A DNA stretch of 64,000 bases from Okamejei kenojei (lineage: Eukaryota). Shown here in pieces: positions 51,533-64,000 of this stretch (position 1 is its first letter; every line of letters starts with the position of its first letter). The stretch lies in the NCBI GenBank assembly GCA_035221665.1, contig CM069145.1, forward strand, positions 5,022,001 through 5,086,000, written 5' to 3'. The notes under the pieces were generated by a model, which worked only from the letters and a program-made list of their open reading frames with translations, ran no database searches and was not told the origin of the DNA. The position numbers were made by a program, and so were the translations under genes.

Positions 51533-54500
51533 TGATATGCAAAAAGTAACGATGATTGAGGAGACAGGCCATCGTTAGCTGTGTGCGCGGGTGAAAACGC
51601 GTACAGACAATGAGACTCGACAATGAGGCTATGCTTTATTGTTTTGTGCTGTGTCATTTTATGATATTAACAAAGAGTAATGCTGATGGGATGTAAAGTA
51701 AGAGTTTTGTGGAGACAGAGTGTATGGCTGAGACCAGCCTATCTGCATAATGTGAGGAGGAGAAATAATTGTAGAGATTTCAGTGCAAAGTATATGGAGC
51801 AAAGTAAATAAAGACAAACAGCATCCTATTATAGAATGTTGTTGATTTGTGAAATAGGCAGACTGGATGCAGCAAATTAACACAGAGTTATAGAGTAATC
51901 ATTTCAATAGCGAGTCTGACACAGGCAATGTGAGTTAAAAGGTGAAATTTTAAGGGAATGCAGCAAGAGAGAGACATTTGGGGTGAAAGTATACAACTTT
52001 ATTATAGTATACAAACAGATTTAAAAAAAAAGCTGTGGGAAAAATTAACTTCTGGGCTTTATTAATACATGCCAAAAATAACAAGATTATGCTCAATAGA
52101 GATGCAAGGAACTGTAGATTCTGGAATCTTTGATTAAAACACAAAGTACCAGAGTAGCCGAGAAGGTTCAGCAACATAGGTTCATAAGACATAGCAGCAT
52201 TAGGTCATTCGGCCCATCGAGTCTGCTCTGTCATTCAACCATGGCTGATCTAGTTTTCCCACAACCCCATTCTCCTTCCTTCTTCTTGTAACCTGTGACA
52301 TCTTGGAGGGAATGGATATTTGGTGTTTCAAGTCAGGATTGTTCTTCATACTGCCTGGAGCAGGGGAGGGAAATGTGCAAAACATAATGTAGAGGGAGAA
52401 GGCAGAGCTGGTGCACGGAGTATAGCTGCGTTAGATCCTGGGTGGGCTCCAGCTGGGAGGCCAGGGAATGGAATGACAAGCCACATGGTGCATGATGATG
52501 CTAACCCTTTGTAATTCCCCGGCTGAGCCTCAGTTAGAGAATAGTATTTGATTCTGAACCCAAATCATTAAGGAAGATGACAAGCTTGAAACAGAGTGCA
52601 GAAACAATTTACTGGAATGATACCGGGAATAAGAGACTGGTTATCAGAACAGCGAAAATCAATATGAAATTTAATGGAGATGCTCAGAACTAATTCCAAT
52701 AGAGTAAATGACCATTTATATTGACAGAACCATCAATAACCAGAGGAATATGGATCTAAGGTAAAGGCCCAAAACTCCGAGGATTTTATTTAAAGGCAGT
52801 TTGTTGTTATCTACAATGCATCGTTTGAAAGGGTAGTGGCCGCACAATTAATGGTAGTATTCAGGGAATAAAATGGATGGAATTTTGAAGCAAGCTTGTT
52901 GATGAGGCTGCAGGGTAGTTACAATGAACTATGACTCATGGTGTACTCTACTCAAGAGTATGATGAGTCATAAAGCGTGGAAATAGTCCACTCGCCCAAC
53001 CTGCGATCAACATGCCCCATCTACACTGGTCCTGCCTACCTGCGTTTGGCCCATATCCCTCAAAACCATTCCTGCCCATGCACCAATCTATGTACCTGTC
53101 CAAATGTTCCTTACATGTTGTGATAGTTTGCAGAATAAAGAATGAAGTAAGATAGATTTTAAAAGTTTAACAGAAAAAAACCCCAATTGTGGAGAACTTT
53201 AATTTTAAAATTCGTTTTTGGCAGTAAAATTCCTGCCCTAGAGTCTTTTGTTTTCACAACACATCTTTTATTTTAAGTTTTCTGTTATCAGCTCTTACAG
53301 ATCTAGTCTATAAACATCTGTGCGTCTTTATCCCACTCATCCTTTAAGATGCTCCTTCACAGCAGCTTCCAACCGCATCTAATGACATTTAGCCTTGGTG
53401 TCCACTCCTGCCTGATTATGCTCCCATGAAGGAGGTGGAGTGCTTTGATTTATTGCACTGAAAGCCAGCAGACATGTTGATTACCAGTTATTCGCACAGC
53501 ACAGGGTGGAAAAACGTACTTACGCAGGCAATTATTGCACTTCTCGTTCTTTAGTGATTGTAACAGGCAATTCTTGTGCAAAGCAGCAATGTAATGGAAA
53601 TCACGAAGAGGCGAATGGGGTGAGAGCCATCAACGATTCTTTCTAAAACGTGCGGCAATTTGCAAGACGCAACTTTATTCTTCTTTGCTGCAACTTTCTG
53701 GCTGCTTTGTGTTTCAATGATGATATCCTTTAATGTCACTGTTGAGTAAAGCTAACACTAGACAATAGGTGCAGGAGTAGGCCATTCAGCCCATCGAGCC
53801 AGCACCGCCATTCAATGTGATCATGGCTGGCAGAGGCATGAGGGAGGAGCTGGCTAAAGTCGACCAGAAAAGGACCCGATCAGCAGCAATGACGGTGGAA
53901 CAGTAAAGCCGGCTGTACTTTTTGAGAAGGCTCCGCTCCTTCAACATCTGCAGTAAGATGCTGCAGATGTTCTACCAATCGGTGGTAGTCAGTGCCATCT
54001 TCTTCACTGCCGTCTGCTGGGGCAGCAGGGCGAAGGCTGCGTTCTCCCCGTGTCTGCGTGGGTTTTCTCCGAGATCTTCTCTTTCCGCCCACACTCCAAA
54101 GTCGCACAGGTTTGTAGGTTAATTGGCTTGATGTTAATGCAAAAACTGTGTGCAGATAGTGTTAATGTGCAGGGATCGCTGGTCGGTATGGGCTCGGTGG
54201 GCCGGAGGTCCTGTTTCCATGCGGAATCTATAAGCAAAACTAAATTAAACTAAACTAAACTCCACCTTGTCATATTTAAGAATAAGGGGGAAGTCTTTTA
54301 GGACCGAGATGAGAAAATCATTTTTCACACAGAGAGCGGTGAGTCTGTGGAATTCTCTGCCACAGAAGGTAGTTGAGGCCAGTTCATTGGCCATATTTAA
54401 CAAGGAGTTAGATGTGGCCCTTGAGGCTAAAGGGATCAGGGGGTATGGAGAGAAGGCAGGTACAGGATACTGAGTTGGATGATCAGCCATGATCATATTG

Positions 54501-55335
54501 ATTGGCGGTGCAGGCTCGAAGGGCCGAATGGCCTACTCCTGCACCTATTTTCTATGTTTCTATGTTTCTATGACCAATAGGATTAACAAACTCATCAGGA
54601 TGGCTGGTCCTGTCCTGGGGGCGGAGTTGGATTCATGGGAGGCGGTCTTTGAGGGGAGGACTGGGGAGCTTCCTGAACAATACAGCTCACCCCCTCCATG
54701 ATACACTGGCCAACCTCAGGAGTACCTTCAGCATCAGACTGGTTCCATGAAGATGCAACACAGAACGCCACAGGAGATCCTTCTTCCCTGTGGCTATCAA
54801 ATTTTACAACTCCTCCCCCTTCTAACATGGGGTAGACTGAGACTGACTCCCACCCTCACCCCCTCCCCAATCTTTGCACATCCCCCAAGGCTTTCCACTC
54901 ATTTTAAGGCGTTCGACAAGGTTCCGCATGGTAGGCTGCTCTGGAAGGTTGAGGGCCTGTCCCACTTGGGCATCATTTACGTGACAGACCGGCAGCGACT
55001 GGCCTGTCGCGTAACTGTTATCTCGCAGTACGACAGTCCCGCTCTTTGCTCTTGAGGGCCCTGCTTCTTTTGGGGGCCATTGCGATGTCGTTCGTACAGT
55101 GCGGTTATTTCAGTCCGATCTCCGTGGCAAGGATTTTCCCTGTGAAAAATTTTCAAAACTCGGCGCACTTTATACCCGGGTGATCACTTGGGGCAGCGCT
55201 CAAATGGTGCACCGACGGCGTACGTGGCGATGCATGGTTACACACGGTGATGCATAATAAATTAGCATAAGCAATGTTCATTTTTCACACATTGATCAGT
55301 TGGGCAAGTGGGCTGTGGAATGGTTAATGGTGTTT

Positions 55336-58300
55336 AATAGTAAGATCAAATGACAACTTACCAGTTTGAAGTTTGATCATTATTTTATGAGGAGTTACGA
55401 TGAGTGATTACGTGAAGAAGCCCCGCCTGGCACATGATCGGCATACTTCAAAGCAACGGCATGAAAAACACAGAACCAATAGCTGGAGTAAGATAGTAAG
55501 GCTTACATAGACTAGAACTACCAGATGATCATTTATATTATGAGGGTTCGGAGCGGAGGGCACGTAATCCCTCATTGTAACTCCTCATAAAATAATGATC
55601 AAACTTCAAATGGGTAAGTTCTCATTTAATCTTACTATTTTACTTCGGAGTCACGTGAGTGACTACATGACGATTTTGAAGCTCTGTGCTTTTTATGTCG
55701 TAGATTAATTCCATACGACACTCTGTTTCAGTCAACACAGTAGTGAGTAAATAATATATTTTTTAAAACATTGCTTCAGTTTATGTAATAAGTCTTTTAA
55801 TTATAAAAGAACAAAAGTGATAACCCCTTTATCCCAGAGGAAAGTTTACAACAAAAGTGATAAAGGTATAAAGTGATAACATAAATCGATAATATATATT
55901 GATAGAGAAAACAAAGCAAACAATCACAGAGAACCCGACACCGCGTGTCCAAAGCCTGGCACCGTGAGAACAGGTTTATCGTAGAACTTTGAAAAAGTTT
56001 CTTCTTTACACCACCCTGCGGCCTCTAGAATTTGGTCGAGTGGCACGTCCTATACCTTCGCTGCGGACGTAGCTGCTGCCCTGGTGGAGGGAGATTTAAA
56101 CACATCAGTGTCTACTCCTGCTAAATCCAAAACCTGTTTTAACCATCTAGAAATGGTTTGTACTGATACTTTTGTATGTGGTTTTTTGTGCGTAACGCTG
56201 TCTCACCACCCCAGAGACTCTTGGTTACTTCAATATATTGAGTCAAATGTTTAACTACACACAGTGTTTGATCAACAGGGTAAGCTTTAAACTTTACCTT
56301 GGTTCCAGTTTTCCCTGATCTGCTTTGTTTGATTAGATCATAAACATAAAACACAATGTTATCCGAAGCCACATGCAAGCAATCTAAACGTAACATTTGC
56401 AATGTTTGTACTCTTTGTGCTGACACTAATGCCATTAAAATTACTACTTTAAATGTTAATTTTTGCAAAGACATTGACGTGATTGGAGTCCATTACCTAA
56501 GCAAAGTAAGCACAATGCTGACATCCCAAATTTCAGTATATCTGGGTTTGGGAGGATTTTTATTAAAAATCCCTTTCATAAACTGGGATATTAATGGATG
56601 AGTCCCGATTGATTCACTGTCAGAAATTTGCCCTAAATAGGACGATAAAGCACTACGAGCACTATTAATGGCACTATAGCTTAAGTGCTGATCAAAATGC
56701 AACCCAGCAAGGAACTCTAATACATTTGATATGTTCGCAGTATGATAAGATATCATTGACTGTCTACAGAAGACTTCCCATTTCTTTATATGCGACATAT
56801 ATTGTTTTTTAGTGCTATTTCGCCAAGCCGAAGCTATAACATCCATGGCCCTATCCGACAGTCCAAGCCCTTGCAATGGTCTGGTCAGAACCTGCAGATT
56901 AACAAATTCATATGATCATGCAATGGATGAATTTCTTTTGTTACTGGTTGCATCAACAAATTACTTCAGCTAGGAATCGTCATAAACGGTTCAATAATCA
57001 TTTTAAGCATCAATAGGAACCATGCCTGTGTAGGCCAATTTGGAACCACCAATATACGCCTGTGGCAGAGTCTTGCTCTATTTTCGTAAGACATTGCCCA
57101 ATCAGGCAGAATGGGGGAAAAGCATAAAAGAACATATTCCCCCAATGTAGCGAGAATGCATCCATCGCTACTGCTCCTGGGTCGGGTTCCCAAGACACGT
57201 ATTTGGGCAATTGGTGATTTAGTCTAGATGCAAACAGATCAATGTCTGGTAATCCATACCGACTGACAATATTTTTGAAACTTGTGGATTGAACATCCAT
57301 TCCGTATTGTCTTTAAATTTCCTTGATCTGTTGTCTGCCACAACATTGTCTCTCCCTGGGAGATAAATTGCTGAAAGCCAAATATTGTTACCAATACACC
57401 AATGCCATATCTGGTTAACCAGACAATCACATGATAATGATCTTACACCACCCATGTGATTAATATATGCAACAGCTGTGGTATTGTCTACTTGTAATTG
57501 GACATGCACATCCTTCATAGTAGAACAATAAGCTTTTAATCCATAAAATGCCCCCAATAACTCCAAATAATTGATACCATATGTTTGGAGAAACAATTCC
57601 TCTTGGACAGTCCATCTGCCAGCACAGCTGGTGAAATTATCCGTAGCCCCCCCCCCCCCCCCCCCTCCCCCATCTGAGAGCACTTGCATCAGTTTGTAAA
57701 AACACTATTGGCTGCTGTACTAATATGTTTTTAGCAGCTTGTGGAACATTCTCAATCCACCACTGTAACTCCGATAAAGCCTCCTTTGGCAAATGCATGG
57801 GCCTATCAAAATGGCCTGCTCGCTTTTTTAATGCTTGCGTTTTTGCCCTTTGGAGATTTTGGTAATGTAGTGGACCAAATTCCACTGCAGGAAATGCTGC
57901 TACTAACTTACCAATAACCTTTGCTACTTCTCGGATGGAGGGATACGGTTTGTCAACTAGGCAACAACACACATTTGTAATATCGACAACTTTGTCTCTT
58001 GGTAAAGTTACTTAACACGGTAACTGAATTAATCACAAACCACAAATAGTCAATTGTTTGGGATGGCTGAAGCTTAGATTTTGTTGGATGGATCAGGAAC
58101 CCTAGCCTTTCAACAGGCTTGTAGTTGCTGAACTGATTTTTCAGCTGACTCCTGATCAGCATTGCCAATTAAAATGTCATCAAGATAAACCATGACAATG
58201 TGTTTTTTGTGCCCTTAACAGTGCAAGTGCTGGTTTCAACAATTGTGTGAACAGCCTAGGAGCGGGGCTTAATCCATTAGATAATGCCTTAAATTGCCAC

Positions 58301-60186
58301 AGCTGACCCATCCAATTACATTTCAAGTACCTGCGAAAATGACGATGGATTGGTACTGAATAATATACATCCTTTAAATCTATAATAGCCATGTAACAAC
58401 CTGTTGATAACAACTGCCTTGCAGTGTTGAAGGTGTCCATTTTGAAAAGTTTATACTGGACAAATGTATTAAAGTGTGTGAGGTCCAGAATGACTCTACA
58501 ATCCCCATCTTTCTTAGGTCCGGGGAAATTATTTGATACAAATTGTTGTGGATGCTTACCCATTTTTTCAATTACTCATTTTCTAAATAAATGTTTTATC
58601 TCTTCTTTTATTTGAGATTTTTCAGGTGCAGAAAACATCAAAATAGGATTAGGTTTATTCTGTACAGGTGGATCAATTCCTTCCACAATTCTATTGTACA
58701 TCCTGACACAGTATCTAATATAAACCGATGAGATGTTATGCAGTATCATTCATCATAAAACAATTGTAATCTACCACCAATCGGAGGTTCATCAAAAGCT
58801 TCCTCTGTGATAGAATAAAGTTTTTGTACCTCTCCAAATGCACGTGATGGCCTCCTTTTCCCAACAATATGGGTTTACATAAGGCTGTGCTGGATGGTAA
58901 TACTTCCTCACCATACTCCTGCCTCTGCTTGTTCCAGCTTCAAAATCAAATCCCCTTCACATTGGACCATATCTTCTTTGGCCAAAATTGAAAGGTTTCA
59001 TGAGGCTGATAGTCTTTGCCTCTTCATCAATATCTTTGATTTGTTTTAGGCAGGTTTTCTCCGGACAAATAACCAGGAGCTTGAACATTGCTTGATCTGC
59101 ACAGACCTACAAATCTAGAGTGCAAAATGGGAAATAGCAATTTTCCTCAAACAGCCTGCATTGAGCTCAAAATATGAGTTATAAAACAATGCCAACATGT
59201 CATTGAATTTTGGATTGCACAACCTTCCACTTGCTTCCCAAAAGCAGTGATGCCACCCGCAATAAGCTTGAGAATTATTTGGAATCGTATTTCCTGTGCC
59301 CGCACTATTGAAGACATGGGTGCCCAAAATCGGATTCACCGTTGGCACCCTTAGTAAAGCACAAGTGTTTTTCATATAATTCTGCTGTTTCAACCATAAC
59401 AGCCTCCTGAAGCTGGTGAGAAACCAATTCATGTTGGCCACCATGGTTACCTTCCATGGCCTCACCGCTTCCTTCAGGTATCGCACTTTGTACCACATCA
59501 AGTACACCTGGATTTATTCTTGTGCTGTGGTGGGTACTCATGACCAAAATCACCACTTTCAGGGTCAGTCTCCTGCTGCCCTGGTACTCCTGAGACTTGC
59601 TCAAGGAGACTACCTCCAGCCCAATCTGAGGCTCTGGAGGTTCATATTCCCACATTGGTAAGGCACCATATTCTCGATATGGAAACCCCCTCAGGAAATT
59701 TCCTCCATTTAATCCATTCTTAGCCTCATAGCTTTTCTATCTGGAGGACTTTCACAATCAGAGTCATCAGAAACCACGGGCCTCTCAGATTTCCCTTTAT
59801 TTTTTTTGGCACTGGAATTTCCTCCATGGCTTCTGCTTGTGGAGCACTATCGGGTATATCAACGGCCACTGGTATCAGAACCGGCCCCGCACTAATCTGC
59901 CATCCCGACTGTTTTTCTTCACCCCGAGATGCTCGTTTTACCCTCATTGATTTTTTCGTAACGTTCTCCATTTTAATTTTAACTCCTCCTGGCTTTGCAC
60001 GCCAGCGTCGTGGAGTTTGAATTTGCCCTGGAAGTAAAATAAATTCACTTACCTGCGGGCCTGTTCCTTACCGCTGGTGGAGCTGCGCTCTGCGGCTCTT
60101 TCCCTACCGACAGCGTCGATGTGATGCCGGTCATGCGCCAGGCGGGACTTCTCCACGTAGTCACTCACGTGACTCCGAAGTAAAAT
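55336..60186 (-). mobile_element. DIRS-type tyrosine-recombinase retrotransposon, full length, degenerate (copy 2)
   Basis: Termini and ICR (55561-55670) as in copy 1; RT IDLKDVYYSVPI (58180-58563); RNase H LQTDAS / INYLELL / QVDNTTAVAYINHMGG; MT-like DIDLFASRLN...YAFPPF; YR LVSAQRVQTL...STRAAATS...AGW...FSKFYDKP. Confidence 0.93.
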
Positions 60187-60845
60187 TGCAGATGAAAGTG
60201 AGGTGTTGTATTTTTGGACATCTGACCAGGGCAGTATCTTCACAGTGAATGGCAGTGATTGTTGCAGAGCAGAGGGATCTAGGAGTGCAGTGGCATCACA
60301 GGGAGTTAAGCTGGTCAAGAAGGCTTTCAGCACATTGGCCTTCATCAGTCAGAGTATTGAGTACAGAAGTTGGGATTTTATGTTGCGGCTGTACGCGGCA
60401 CTGGTGAGGCCACATTTGGAGTATTGTGTTCAGTTTTAGTCACCCTCCAAGAGAAGATTTGCTGTTAAGCTGGAATAAAAGCAGAGAAGATTTACGAAGA
60501 TGTTGCCAGGACTTGAGGGCCTGAGCTATCGGGAAAGGTTGAGCAGGCTGAGTCTCCATTCCTTGGAGTGAAGGAGGATGAATGGTGATTTTATAGAGGT
60601 GTATAAAATCATGAGGGGAATAGATAGGGTGAATGCACACAGTCTTTTACCCAGAGCAGTGGAATCAAGAACCAGAGGACATAGGTTTAACGTGAGAAGG
60701 AAAAGATTTAATGTAAATCAAAGGAGCAGTTATTTCAAACAGAGGGTGGTGGGTATATGGAGCGAGCTGCCGGAAGAGGTAGTTGAGGCAGATGCTATAA
60801 CAACATTTAAAAGACATTTGGACAGGTACATAGATAGGAAAGGTT
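60187..60845 (+). mobile_element. CR1-clade LINE fragment split by DIRS copy 2
   Basis: VKKAFSTLAFISQSIEYRS...LVRPHLEYCVQF; its upstream part (DQLGKWAVEWLMVFN) lies at about 55290-55338. Confidence 0.8.
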
Positions 60846-61826
60846 TACCTATGGGCCATTGGGATATGGGCCAATTGCAGGCAGGTGGGATAATGTGGAT
60901 GGGGCACCTTGGTGTGTGTGAGCAAGCAGAGCTGAAGAGCCTGTTTCTGTGCTGTGTGACGCGATGAAGGCCAATTTGCCAAAAACTTTCTTGGCCATCC
61001 TACCTACTTGTGACACCACTTTCAAAGAACTATGTACCTGCACTCCAGGATCCTAGACGAGAGAGTAGAGATATCTGCTTTGATATGTAATTTTCACACC
61101 TTACCCTTCCATATCTCTAGACTCCCTCTCCCTTGACTCTCAGTCTGAAGAAGGGTCTCTGCGAAACGTCACTCATTCCTCCTCTCCAGAGATGCTGCCT
61201 GTCCCGCTGAGTTACTCCAGCATTTTGTGTCTATCTTCGATGTAAACCAGCATCTGCAGTTCCTTCCCACACACAGCATTCGGCGACAAGATCGCGGCTC
61301 CTGAACACTACGCAACACTAACCTCAACTATGAACGACCATGGTCTATGTCTTTGGTTGCACTATGAACTTCGGGTTTTTTTACACCAGCATCATGGTTA
61401 TTCATTTATGGATGGCTTAATTATTGTATTTATCAGTGTGTATTGTTTACTGACCCGTTAAGCTACCGCAGGCCAGAATGGCCTGATACATATGACTCTT
61501 ACTCCATCGCCCCCAATCTTTGGGAAGTTTCACAGACTGCGGTCAATATTCAAGCAAGAAAATGAGCATCTTTTAATGCTATATTTTTACAAAGTAGAGT
61601 TTAAAAAAACAGAAGAGCATTTTAAGTAAATGTTAAAAGGTTAAATTAATTACCATAATGTTGCAACATGGCAAATTTTATTTGCTATTGTGAGTCGGTT
61701 TCGTAGTTGAAGAGTCAGTTGTGTTAAGAGATGGATTTGTACTGGGAACCACTTTCGGATATTCGTGCATTGTGCGTTTGGTGTGGGGGCAGTCAGGGAT
61801 GCATACTTGGGTGGTCAGTGTGAGAG

Positions 61827-62442
61827 TTAACTCCGTGTGTGGGAATAGCCATTCCACAAGTTGACAAAGAACGAGCAGAGAGGATGCCACTTGTCGGCAC
61901 AGTAAACGTGGGACAGCTCCTCCGGCAACGCAGGCTCACCATCGCCCCTGTCGCCCGCTCCGCTCGCATCCCTGCCCTTTGTGGGTTGACCCCGGTATTT
62001 TTCAAGTAGGGTATCGGTGGAGAGAGGCTCCTTCCTCTGAGCGTATCTCTGCAGACCCTGCTCTTAAAGGGTTTCTCTCCCTCGCAGGCGTGTTTCTTTC
62101 GCTTCACTTTGAATCACCTGTTTCCAGTAGAGCTTTGGCGTTGTAGGCGAGGCAGGACTGCGGTCTCGCCGTGTACCTGCACCAGTACCTGCCCCCTTGG
62201 TGGCGACAACTCACCTGCAGCGTCAGCTCGTCCCCACCCGACACATTCCAGCAACACGCGTGGTCATCCTTCGTGGTCAGCGAGCCCTTGGTCGGCAGCG
62301 GCAGCGCCAGCGATTTTTCCTTTCGCTTCTTTCTCGGACGATCTAGCTGTTCGCTGCCGTCTGCACTCTTCTCATCTTCTCCCAGCGACAGGGCGAGGCA
62401 CCGAAGGAAGAGCAACATGGATATCACGCACTTGAGTTGCAT
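61827..62442 (-). pseudogene. FGFBP3: FGF-binding protein 3-like gene, frameshifted in this sequence
   Basis: Signal peptide MQLKCVISMLLFLRCLALSLG; GSLTTKDDHACCW...YWCRYTARPQSC; YWKQVIQ, KRKKHACEG...SRVC and ELSHVYCADKWHPLCSFFVNLWNG each need a frame change; acceptor ttttttcccatcag at 62517; AATAAA at 61682-61677; TNKS2-FGFBP3 synteny. Confidence 0.82.
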
Positions 62443-62639
62443 GGCTCAAGCTGCAAATGTAATTAGTCAGCTGTCCGAGGCCGGGACCAGGAAGTGATAA
62501 CTTCAGTGGAAATACTCTGATGGGAAAAAATAATAAAAAATCACTTTCATTCAAAATAGAAACGAGAAGGTAACAAGTAACCCCTGCATTCTCTCTCTGC
62601 CTCTCTCTCTCTCCATCCCTCCCCCACCCAGTGTCGCAG

Positions 62640-63006
62640 CAGGTTCCCGTTTTCACCCAACACACAGCTAACAATGGCCTGTTTCCTTTATCATCGTTAT
62701 TTTTTGTTTGCATATCTTCCATTCATTTGTTCTGTATCTCTCTACATCACCGTCTATATCTCTCGTTTCCCTCTCCCCTGACTCACAGTCTAAAGAAGGG
62801 TCTCGACCCGAAACGTCACCTATTCCTTCTCTCCAGAGATGCTGCCTGACCCGCCGAGTTACTCCAGCTTTTTGCGTGTATCTTCAAGGGTCTCGACCCG
62901 AAACGTCGCCTATCTCCTTCGCTCCTTAGATGCTGCTGCACCCGCTGAGTTTCTCCAGCTTTTTGTGTACCCTCGATTCTCCTGCATCTGCAGTTCCTTC
63001 TTTAAC
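62640..63006 (+). mobile_element. Tandem Penelope-derived terminal repeats with two hammerhead-like cores
   Basis: GGGTCTCGACCCGAAACGTC occurs twice (about 62798-62817 and 62888-62907). Confidence 0.65.
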
Positions 63007-64000
63007 AAATCTCAAAACCAATTTGGTGTCTGACTGACACCAAGTCATTCGGGAAAAAATCCCTTTAGTAACATGTGGTATACTTGCAATTAGGTCGGTA
63101 GGCAGGTTCAATACACACTGCCCCCCCCCCCCCCCCCCACCTACCAAAAATATTGGCTTGCATGCAGTACGTGACATTGTACACGCAATGTGATGGATAC
63201 TTTGATCAGAACTTGGCGAGCAGTGGGGATGATGAATAGAGGAATCGTTTATAATAGGTTACAATATTTCTGTTCATGTTTCCCTGTCCAACGGTTACCC
63301 AGCCAAGACCCCCAAGCAGCAGAAGAAAAATTGTTTCGGCCAGAAACGTTTGCATCTCTCCTTCGCTCCTTAGATGCTGCTGCACCCGCTGAGTTTCTCC
63401 AGCTTTTTGTGTACCCTTCCTCAAGCTGCATCTCAGCTCCAAATCAGTTGTTGACCAAACCCCACCTGTCATTTACACCCCTCTCACAGACACGTTGATC
63501 AGTCAGGCTGTTTTGTGTCGGGAGGAACCGCAGATGCTGGTTTACACCGAAAATAGACACAAAATGCTGGAGTAACTCAGCGGAACAGGCAGCATCTCTG
63601 GAGAGAAGGGATGGGTGACGCTTCTGGCCGAGTCCCTTCTTCAGACTGAAAAACACGTTTGGACCCTTCTCTCCAGAGATGCTGCCGGCTTGGCTGAGTT
63701 ACTCCAGCTTTTTGTGGCTAGTAAGATTGTTTTATTCCTTTAATGTATCTTTCGTCACAACGTTGGTAAACTTTTAACAAAATACTAGGTAAATTGAACA
63801 TTTTCCTATATTGTATGGTAGACTATCATCCAGTGTAGATATGATAATTTATTGGAAACATATGAATACACGAACGCAAACATTGGAGTCATACCCCATC
63901 TACATACATCTCACACTCTCTCGCTGTGTTTCTAAGAATAGTCATTAAGTGCTTATGTTATGTGTTTTTTGTTGGACAGAAACCAACCCATTTGCAACGT

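Noticed and set aside
57646-57671. Poly-Gly insertion in DIRS RNase H; other long G/C runs at 30095, 31279, 63121
   Set aside because: Homopolymer expansion or sequencing artefact; it breaks the frame at the WG-AT junction.

Overview
Vertebrate nuclear DNA, most likely from a cartilaginous fish (skate/ray type; inferred from the CR1/HER1-like LINEs, V-SINEs and Penelope-derived repeats). Host genes: the last 11 coding exons of tankyrase-2 (TNKS2, +, 191-20102; ankyrin repeats, SAM and PARP domains, all GT-AG with consistent phases) and, facing it tail-to-tail as in other vertebrates, a single-coding-exon FGFBP3-like gene (-, 61827-62442) that has at least three frameshifts here. The rest is mostly mobile DNA: a young (about 1% LTR divergence) but mosaic HERV-I/IP-like provirus with an ERV3-type env inside a TNKS2 intron; an internally deleted tRNA-Ser-primed LTR element; an old ERV relic; two full-length degenerate DIRS tyrosine-recombinase retrotransposons with intact terminal/ICR architecture; a non-autonomous Helitron carrying a 30-bp minisatellite; PIF/Harbinger MITEs; a 32-bp hAT-like remnant; and more than ten Penelope-derived repeats carrying minimal hammerhead-ribozyme motifs. 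All calls come from manual reading and translation; no database searches were run.
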